DNA of 15,362 nucleotides from assembly GCA_038211765.1 (NCBI GenBank), contig JBBQVG010000022.1, positions 1-15,362 on the forward strand, in the 5' to 3' direction. The DNA is from Minisyncoccia bacterium (lineage in GTDB: Bacteria > Patescibacteriota > Minisyncoccia > Phycocordibacterales > PALSA-1337). How positions within the stretch are numbered: position 1 is the first letter of the stretch; each line of letters opens with the position of its first letter. The notes beneath the pieces are model-generated. The model had not been told where the DNA came from. It saw nothing but the letters and a program-made list of their open reading frames with translations, and made no database searches. The translations under genes were made by a program, and so were the position numbers. Below, in pieces: positions 7,102 to 13,111 of this stretch.

Positions 7102-7797
7102 TACGACCAGGCCCCGAACTAACCGAATCGGAACTTCAGATCGTTGTAGCCTCTTGGCTTTTTTTGCTTATCAACAATGAATGAACTTTGATCTAGACGA
7201 TCTCCGAAGTCCGACGTGCATCGCATTTGCGACCCGTACGATCCAAGCAATTAGGATCGATTATTTGCTTGATAGAGACCCATATCCTGAGTCAACATCT
7301 TAGCTTTCTTTTGACTTAATCACACATACTAGCTTTCCTTTCCTTACTTCTCCCAACTTTGAAGGGCACAACCGAATGGTTTCAATACCGTCTTCTAGTG
7401 CCTTATGAGGTCCACCAGAAGACGGTACTTACTTGCATCTAGTCGCTCATAAGTCCCTCCTTATTTCTGGTTGAGAGCCATGAATGGCACATTTTAAGGC
7501 CAATATCTGCCACCACCCACTTCTGAAACAAGTTTAGCAGACCAAAATCAAAATGTCAAGTTTTTATACCATTTTAGGCAAATAAGTAAGGTTTCAGGCC
7601 ATAAAACCATGAATATAGGCATATTTAGTTATTTTATCTGTTTTTTATTGTTTACAGAAAATTTTAATTAGAAATTATATATTTATATTGTCATAATATT
7701 TTATTAAATGTTATTATTTAATACCTTATTTATGATGAGAATAACCATATTTATAGGCATTATTTTGATACTAAAGGTTATATAATGTTATTTATAC

Positions 7798-7825
7798 TTG
7801 ACAGATTTATGGAATGTGCTAGACT
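7798..7825 (+). promoter_or_regulatory. Strong sigma70-type promoter with extended -10
   Basis: Perfect TTGACA (7798-7803), 16-nt spacer, TGc-TAGACT (7817-7825). A ~240-bp very AT-rich tract (UP-like) lies immediately upstream. Confidence 0.6.
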
Positions 7826-7831
7826 CTGCAA

Positions 7832-8697
7832 CAGAACAAAAGATGTGTCCAGGGAAGGCACTGCTATCCCGCTTCGATCGGAGCGCCATGTCTCAATAAA
7901 AATGACGGGCGCTCGGAAAGGAGCGGGATGAGGAACCTTAAAAATGCACATCATGAGTGATGGCACGACCATGACCCACGCCGAGTGGCTGGCATGGTTG
8001 CGCGGGGAGTAGTAGTACTCCCTATGCTGTGACTGCAGTAATGTAGCGCACGGAGTATGGGTATCAGCTTGGCAAAAGAAATGATACAGCAGACCCACTG
8101 CGACAAGGGAAAGGTATCCATACCTACACAAATGGAGATGCACGCAGAGTTAACAACGCAAATAATTCTGCGTGCATATAGGGGGGAACTCATGTTCCCC
8201 ACTTTATCAGGTTCGTTTTGGAAATGAGCCTGCAAAGTGTCCGTCAGTTAGAAAAAGTAGTTCTTTACAATAGTGTCTGCACTATCTTGCATCTAAAGTG
8301 ATGCGTAGATGCGAGATAGTGCAGATACTTCGCAGGTATCCGAGCACGCTGTGTGACCCGGTACAACCCGGCGTATAGTAACCTCTTTTTCACATGGATG
8401 AGAGGTAAGGGCGCACGGAGTTCCCGTGACCACCCGAAAAGTAGTGAGTGCGAATGAAAGCTTCAGCTTTCATTGGCCCGGAAAGCTCAGCATTGGTGCT
8501 GAGTAACCGTTTGTTTCGCCACATCGCGCTTCTACCAGGAAGCGGAGGTTGTGGGAAACATCTCATTGCATGGGTGCTGTGTACACCCGAGACATGCTGG
8601 AGCATGTTCTCACTGCGAGTTTTTCGGTTCGCTCATTCAACCCAAATGAGCATCTTATTGAATCAATGACATGAAGTCGTTGATTCAAAGGAATTTG
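7832..8697 (+). ncRNA. Candidate large structured non-coding RNA / highly structured leader (family not recognised)
   Basis: No credible ORF. There is a dense series of perfect local helices. Examples: 7866-7873/7922-7929 enclosing 7881-7887/7908-7914; 7968-7973/7993-7998; 8005-8011/8016-8022; 8138-8148/8167-8177; 8183-8189/8194-8200; 8273-8295/8306-8328; 8381-8386/8401-8406; 8454-8461/8466-8473; 8486-8492/8497-8503; 8527-8532/8539-8544; 8592-8597/8602-8607; 8658-8670/8676-8688. Boundaries are approximate. Confidence 0.5.
8273..8328 (+). other. 23-bp hairpin immediately after the first GTTCTTTACA box (8260-8269)
   Basis: 8273-8295 pairs with 8306-8328 (21 Watson-Crick plus 2 G-U pairs) around a 10-nt loop. 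Confidence 0.7.
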
Positions 8698-8708
8698 GTT
8701 CTTTACAT

Positions 8709-9014
8709 ATGAAAACTTTACTATTGTTCGTCTTCGCGGCATTTGTGCTCGTCGGATGTGTTCCGGAGCAAAGCGCACCCCGATCGCTTACCTATTTTCC
8801 AACTAATAATTGGCAGGTAGTGAGTGTGACGGAAGGTGAGGTGGTGGTCGAAACAAAATCGACCAACTTGCCCCTGCGATACAGGGTAGTCCGAGCTACT
8901 CCTGTTACGCCACTGACCAACGGTCAGTTTGCGAGGGTTGAGCTCACTTTGAAACGCCATCTGTACAACCCTGACGAGGTTGCCACAGCTCGAGCGTTTC
9001 CGGCGGACCACTGA
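8709..9014 (+). CDS. Small putative lipoprotein
   Basis: 101-aa ORF. MKTLLLFVFAAFVLVGC is a signal peptide with an L-V-G-C lipobox. The ATG is directly preceded by a GTTCTTTACA box (8698-8707). Confidence 0.6.
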   Translation: MKTLLLFVFAAFVLVGCVPEQSAPRSLTYFPTNNWQVVSVTEGEVVVETKSTNLPLRYRVVRATPVTPLTNGQFARVELTLKRHLYNPDEVATARAFPADH

Positions 9015-9110
9015 GGCGAGACCATGGATGTCTATAAACTCCCGTAATACTCTGGGGAAGCTCCAGGGCGCCTAACAAGCGGAAACTGTTGGGATGATGC
9101 AAATCGTCTC

Positions 9111-9163
9111 TCTGTTCTCGAGATGAGTATCTCGACTGACGAGTCTGAAAAGACGAAAACAGA
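9111..9163 (+). ncRNA. Hammerhead ribozyme, type III (HHR-1), predicted cleavage after C9117
   Basis: Stem III TCTGTT (9111-9116)/AACAGA (9158-9163), then C17. Stem I TCGAGA-TGAGTA-TCTCGA (9118-9135). Core CUGACGA (9136-9142). Stem II GTCT-GAAA-AGAC (9143-9154). Core GAAA (9155-9158). Confidence 0.85.
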
Positions 9164-9190
9164 AACGTTCTTTGAGTTAATAAAGCATTT

Positions 9191-9241
9191 CACCTCCGCT
9201 TTTTCTATTTCATTATTTTTGGAATAAAGAAAGCGGAGGTG
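9191..9241 (+). promoter_or_regulatory. Hairpin sequestering the Shine-Dalgarno sequence of the 9247 ORF
   Basis: CACCTCCGCTTT (9191-9202) pairs with AAAGCGGAGGTG (9230-9241). GGAGG (9235-9239) lies in the 3' arm, 7 nt before the ATG at 9247. Confidence 0.6.
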
Positions 9242-9246
9242 TAAAA

Positions 9247-9429
9247 ATGCCATTCTGCCGTCCCAAAGGGTCGGAGCTGGTTGCGATCATTGGTCGTAGC
9301 CTTCTCAGTAGTTGGGTGCACTCAAGCGTTGGCAGGCTGAAATCTGTCTTGGTAACCCCAGTAAAGAAGAAATTCTTTACACTTGAGAGTCGCAACTGCA
9401 AGCCGTATGAAGAGTACCTCTTCATTTGA
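9247..9429 (+). CDS. Hypothetical small protein (60 aa)
   Basis: The ORF is preceded by a strong GGAGGTG SD at optimal spacing. No family recognised, and an internal hairpin is present, so coding status is uncertain. Confidence 0.4.
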   Translation: MPFCRPKGSELVAIIGRSLLSSWVHSSVGRLKSVLVTPVKKKFFTLESRNCKPYEEYLFI

Positions 9430-9537
9430 ATCATTAGCAAATATCGATGGTAGTCCATCGGAGATGATTCACGGAAGGGAGGTGTTGGGGTAATTCAAAA
9501 CCCTGACACCTCCTATCATCCTTATTTAGGAAAATTT

Positions 9538-9696
9538 ATGGGGATGGGAGCAAAGTCTTTCAAAACCACTGGAGGGTCAGGGGGCAAGAAAGGTCACTCC
9601 AACATGGTTCATTGGACGTTCACTGAGGAAATCAAAGTGATCGCCAAGAAGGCACGCAGGATGGCCGATCGAGCTCTCTCCCGTCCGCGGGAGTAG
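9538..9696 (+). CDS. Hypothetical small basic protein (52 aa, below the ORF-track cutoff)
   Basis: My translation: MGMGAKSFKTTGGSGGKKGHSNMVHWTFTEEIKVIAKKARRMADRALSRPRE, ending at TAG. AGGA lies 6 nt upstream of the ATG. Confidence 0.3.
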   Translation: MGMGAKSFKTTGGSGGKKGHSNMVHWTFTEEIKVIAKKARRMADRALSRPRE

Positions 9697-9972
9697 GAAG
9701 CAATAACACCTGTAAAATGGTTGCCACAAAATCCGGTGGTGTAAATCAAGGTAAAAAGTTTTGTCCCCATTTCGTAAAATGGAGAGCCTAGAGGAAGCAG
9801 AGCCTCACGCAGTCGGAGCCGTATGGCTAGTATAGAGGTAACAGAGATCGACACTCTATTGCGTCCGAAGACTTGGTTGGCTAGTCTCCAACCCTAAGAT
9901 CGAGCACGGCCCAGTCGTGGGATACTCTAGTGGAAGTAACTAAAATCCACTCTTGATGACATTGTCATCAAG

Positions 9973-10024
9973 TTCTGTCTCAGAATGTAATTCTGACTGA
10001 TGAGCTCAAAAGAGCGAAACAGAA
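9973..10024 (+). ncRNA. Hammerhead ribozyme, type III (HHR-3 by order of discovery, second in position), predicted cleavage after C9979
   Basis: Stem III TTCTGT (9973-9978)/ACAGAA (10019-10024), then C17. Stem I TCAGAA(T)-GTA-(A)TTCTGA (9980-9996). Core CUGAUGA (9997-10003). Stem II GCTC-AAAA-GAGC (10004-10015). Core GAAA (10016-10019). Confidence 0.85.
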
Positions 10025-10035
10025 GTTCTTTACAA

Positions 10036-10091
10036 TCATGTTCATAGTATTCTGAATATTTATATAGGTACTTAGAATACTATGAATATGA
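10036..10091 (+). promoter_or_regulatory. ~20-bp hairpin burying the first two in-frame ATGs of the 10082 ORF
   Basis: 10036-10055 pairs with 10072-10091, with a 13-bp perfect core TTCATAGTATTCT/AGAATACTATGAA. The ATGs at 10082 and 10088 lie in the 3' arm. Confidence 0.6.
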
Positions 10092-10258
10092 AAATGAAAG
10101 TACTGTTTATCAGTATCGCCGGGCTCTGGGCAGTTGCTGCTTGGGCGAGTTACGAGCCCCACGTTCTTTTGATGAACGTGGCGAGTGTGTTGGGATTGCA
10201 GCTAGGTATCATTTATTTGGTACTTGAGCGGCGGCACACGAGGCGCGTGACCAAGTGA
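10082..10258 (+). CDS. Small hydrophobic protein, two predicted transmembrane helices (58 aa, below the ORF-track cutoff)
   Basis: My translation: MNMKMKVLFISIAGLWAVAAWASYEPHVLLMNVASVLGLQLGIIYLVLERRHTRRVTK, ending at TGA. It has two ~19-aa hydrophobic stretches and a basic tail. Confidence 0.45.
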   Translation: MNMKMKVLFISIAGLWAVAAWASYEPHVLLMNVASVLGLQLGIIYLVLERRHTRRVTK

Positions 10259-10298
10259 GGGACTTGAATACCCCTTCTCCATCCAGTGAGAAACTGGA

Positions 10299-10349
10299 TT
10301 GCTCTCGAGATGTGTGTCTCGACTGATGAGTCCGAAAGGACGAAAGCAG
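10299..10349 (+). ncRNA. Hammerhead ribozyme, type III (HHR-2), predicted cleavage after C10304
   Basis: Stem III TTGCT (10299-10303)/AGCAG (10345-10349), then C17. Stem I TCGAGA-TGTGTG-TCTCGA (10305-10322). Core CUGAUGA (10323-10329). Stem II GTCC-GAAA-GGAC (10330-10341). Core GAAA (10342-10345). Confidence 0.85.
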
Positions 10350-10364
10350 AGTGTTCTTCGTAAA

Positions 10365-10426
10365 TTGATGTTCATAATAATCTTATTTTTGAATATCATC
10401 AGAAATTAGATTATTATGAACATCAA
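10365..10426 (+). promoter_or_regulatory. 19-bp perfect hairpin burying the start codon of the GNAT gene
   Basis: TTGATGTTCATAATAATCT (10365-10383) pairs with AGATTATTATGAACATCAA (10408-10426) around a 24-nt loop. The ATG at 10416 is inside the 3' arm. Confidence 0.65.
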
Positions 10427-10844
10427 AATCATCTCTGCATCTGTAGCTACTCACCAGCTATTCAGTCAACACGCATACATCAAAGCTGATCTCTGGTTCC
10501 CAACTCTGTTTGGAGGGGATCGTATCTCATGTTGTGATGAGGCTGTGGTCGTTGAAGTCAGTGGTACAATCGTCGCTTTGGCGACTATCGCTCCAGAAGG
10601 AGAAATGACCTCAGGTGTTCCCACTATTGTTGGTCTATATACAGTACGTGGTCACCGGAAGTCCGGATACGCACGCCTGGCTTTCGAAGCGGCGGTTAAG
10701 AGGGGAATCGAACGTGGGTTTACCAAGATCCGCGTTGACACGCTCTCTAAGGGAGCTTTGAGAATCACGAAAACGATGCCAATGGAACTGTCACAAGTTC
10801 TAGAGGTTGGCCTCCAGATCCTTCTTTGTGGATTCCTGGAATAA
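10416..10844 (+). CDS. GNAT family N-acetyltransferase
   Basis: 142-aa ORF. VRGHRKSGYARLAFEAAVKRGIERG fits the GNAT motif A (R/Q-x-x-G-x-G/A) acetyl-CoA binding segment. Confidence 0.7.
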   Translation: MNIKIISASVATHQLFSQHAYIKADLWFPTLFGGDRISCCDEAVVVEVSGTIVALATIAPEGEMTSGVPTIVGLYTVRGHRKSGYARLAFEAAVKRGIERGFTKIRVDTLSKGALRITKTMPMELSQVLEVGLQILLCGFLE

Positions 10845-10955
10845 TTTTGCGAAAGCAAGAGGTGCTCACTACCTATAACAAAGTGTGAGCTGTTCGGCGA
10901 AACTGGTTGGTCACCAGTGTGCCGCTTCAGTGAAAAAAGCGGGAGGAGGATGTGC

Positions 10956-11147
10956 ATGAAAAAGCACTCTACTTCTCGGAAGAATGTTGAGCCCGTTACC
11001 GACGCCATCGTGGATAAGGGAATGAAGCTTCTCAAAAATCCGAGAGTGCCTAAAAAGATCAAGCGGCAATTGGTTGAAGCTGCATTTCACGGAGTTCAAA
11101 CCGGTGAAGTCAGTTTCTCCCAGCTCTGCAAGATCTCGAGGGCATGA
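10956..11147 (+). CDS. Hypothetical small protein (63 aa from the ATG at 10956), possibly a truncated HTH protein
   Basis: GGGAGGAGG SD (10941-10949) lies 6 nt before the ATG. Sequence: MKKHSTSRKNVEPVTDAIVDKGMKLLKNPRVPKKIKRQLVEAAFHGVQTGEVSFSQLCKISRA. It ends where a helix-turn-helix would normally continue. Confidence 0.4.
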   Translation: MKKHSTSRKNVEPVTDAIVDKGMKLLKNPRVPKKIKRQLVEAAFHGVQTGEVSFSQLCKISRA

Positions 11148-11297
11148 CTGATGGACAGACATCCGAAGGATGCGCAGGGCTCGGCAGATAAGAGTCCTAA
11201 CCTTCGATTCAGAAGCGCAATTGTTGTCACCTTTGTAAAGCGTGAGCCTCGTATGCAGTACGTTGGGAAGAGTGACTTCCTGAGAACAAATAGTCAC

Positions 11298-11340
11298 GAA
11301 AAAACCGCACTCCATTATTGACGTGCGGTTTCATCATTTT
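11298..11340. terminator. Bidirectional intrinsic terminator (end of the + strand block and of rny)
   Basis: A-run, AAACCGCAC (11302-11310) pairing with GTGCGGTTT (11323-11331), followed by T-rich sequence. Confidence 0.7.
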
Positions 11341-11351
11341 TATACTTATGT

Positions 11352-12884
11352 TTACCTCGCAAACTCCAACGCTCTTGTCTCTCGTATGACCATAACTTTG
11401 ATCTCGCCGGGATATTTGAGGTCTTTCTCGATCTTGGTGGCGATGTCGCGGGCTAGGTTCTTGGCTTCGAGGTCGCCGAGCTCCTCTGGCTTCACGAAGA
11501 TGCGGATCTCACGGCCTGCTTGGAGGGCGTATGACTTTTCTATACCAGGGAATGAGTTGGCCAGAGCCTCGAGATCACCTAGACGTTTGAGGTAGTTTTC
11601 GATATTGTCACGACGAGCACCAGGACGGGCACCAGAGATGGCGTCTGCTGTCTGGACGATGCGGGACTCGATGGTTTCGTACGGATATTCTTCATGGTGA
11701 GCTTGCATGGCCTTGATGATATCTTCAGGGGCACCGAACTTTTGGAGGATGCGGCGACCGATCTCTACGTGAGTGCCGCCGACTTCGTGGTCGAGGGCCT
11801 TGCCGAGGTCGTGGAGGAGGGCACCGGCCTTGGCGACCTGAACGTTGGCACCGAGCTCCTCGGCGATCATACCGGCGATGTGTGACATCTCAATAGAGTG
11901 TTGGAGAACGTTTTGTCCATAACTTGTGCGGAAGTGGAGGCGCCCCAAGATGAGGAGAATACGTGGATCAAGACCGATGACTCCGCACTCGAAGGCAGCA
12001 GCCTCACCCTTTTCTTTGATGGTTTTATTTATATCCTGCTTGGCTTTTTCCACAGTAGACTCGATCTTGGCAGGTTGGATGCGACCATCCTTGATGAGTT
12101 CACGAAGTGCAGTGGCAGCGGTATGGCGACGTACTGGGTCAAATGAAGAAATAGTGATGGCACCAGGTGTGTCGTCGATCATTACCTCCACACCGGTCAT
12201 ACGTTCGAAGGCCTTGATGTTGCGACCTTCCTTGCCGATGACCTTGCCTTTGACATCGTCCGATGGGATCTCGACTATAGTTGACATCACATCGGAATTC
12301 ACTGCCGTGGCTAGGCGCTGTATGGATATAGCTAGGATGTCTTTGGCTCTCTTCTCCAACATATCTTCCCCCTGAGTTTCGAGCTTGTTCATGCGTACAA
12401 GGAAATCCTGTTCGGATTGCTTCTCGATGAGTTTCATAAGCTCGCCCTTGGCTTCGTCTGCGGACATATGAGAAATCTTCTCGAGAGCCTTTGCGCGATC
12501 TCCTTCGAGCTTGTCAGCTTGTTCGCGGATGGCCTTGATCTCAGCCACGCGCTGTTTGATCATTTCTACTTCTCTATCTATGTCTGACTGTCGCTTATCC
12601 AAAAGGTCCTCCTTCTTTATCAGGCGGTCCTCAGCATGTTTGTGCTTTTCTTCTTTCTCCTTCAATTCTCTCTTTACTTCTTCCAATCTTTCCTTGGCGT
12701 TTTGTTCGGCTTCGGTGGTGATCTTCTTGGCTTCTTCTTTTGCGGCAAGAAGCATGGCCTTGATCTCGAGCTCCATGGAACCTTTCTTTCCCAAGGAGAT
12801 GATCAGGCGCAAGTAGTACCCGATGGCTATGCCAACTAGGCCAGCGATGGCCAGGAAGACGGCTATTAATTTTAATGAATACAT
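11352..12884 (-). CDS. rny: Ribonuclease Y
   Basis: 510-aa ORF with an N-terminal membrane anchor, a long coiled coil, a KH domain (GKVIGKEGRNIKAFE) and an HD domain (LLHDLGKA...HH). Confidence 0.95.
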   Translation of the reverse strand: MYSLKLIAVFLAIAGLVGIAIGYYLRLIISLGKKGSMELEIKAMLLAAKEEAKKITTEAEQNAKERLEEVKRELKEKEEKHKHAEDRLIKKEDLLDKRQSDIDREVEMIKQRVAEIKAIREQADKLEGDRAKALEKISHMSADEAKGELMKLIEKQSEQDFLVRMNKLETQGEDMLEKRAKDILAISIQRLATAVNSDVMSTIVEIPSDDVKGKVIGKEGRNIKAFERMTGVEVMIDDTPGAITISSFDPVRRHTAATALRELIKDGRIQPAKIESTVEKAKQDINKTIKEKGEAAAFECGVIGLDPRILLILGRLHFRTSYGQNVLQHSIEMSHIAGMIAEELGANVQVAKAGALLHDLGKALDHEVGGTHVEIGRRILQKFGAPEDIIKAMQAHHEEYPYETIESRIVQTADAISGARPGARRDNIENYLKRLGDLEALANSFPGIEKSYALQAGREIRIFVKPEELGDLEAKNLARDIATKIEKDLKYPGEIKVMVIRETRALEFAR

Positions 12885-13111
12885 ATGCGGAATGATCCGC
12901 CTCTAGGGACTAGGGTGATAGTAACGTATGAGATGTTGCGAGCTTCAGAGTCGAGAAATCGGAGAAAACAGCCAAGGATGGTAGGGTAAATCGGAAGTGC
13001 TGAAGAAGTAAGGTAATCATAAGTTGGTGTCACGCAGGTCTGCAAGGCGAAATCAATAATTTAAATTTGGTAACACTTGTAATATACAATAAATGAGGGT
13101 TATTTGTCTAC

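Noticed and set aside
7778-8235. Two overlapping minus-strand ORFs (7778..8143, 121 aa; 7951..8235, 94 aa) inside the structured region
   Set aside because: Their composition is rich in His, Cys and Ser and looks like random translation. They overlap each other in different frames. They have no start context and run antisense to a strong + strand promoter and through many perfect hairpins. I treat the region as non-coding.
8221-8259. Possible degenerate ribozyme upstream of the first GTTCTTTACA box (AAATGAG...TTAGAAAAAGTAG)
   Set aside because: The core positions C3/U4/G5 are not satisfied and no stem II can be drawn. I could not fit twister, pistol or hatchet consensus from memory either. 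It remains part of the structured RNA candidate.
9032-10399. Minus-strand ORFs 9032..9253, 9213..9458, 9609..9854, 9980..10162 and 10202..10399
   Set aside because: Each runs antisense across a hammerhead ribozyme or one of the long hairpins. None has a family signature. Palindromic hairpin sequence tends to keep both strands open by chance.
8273-10426. Reading the long hairpins as integron attC sites or cassette recombination sites
   Set aside because: The hairpins share no conserved R/L core boxes (no GTTRRRY / RYYYAAC pairs). They are perfect rather than bulged and lie upstream of, and overlapping, start codons. No integrase gene is present.
10911-11315. 134-aa minus-strand ORF opposite the 10956..11147 ORF
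   Set aside because: It has no SD or promoter context and a Cys/His/Arg-rich sequence of low plausibility. The + strand ORF has a strong SD and fits the operon orientation. Neither is certain.
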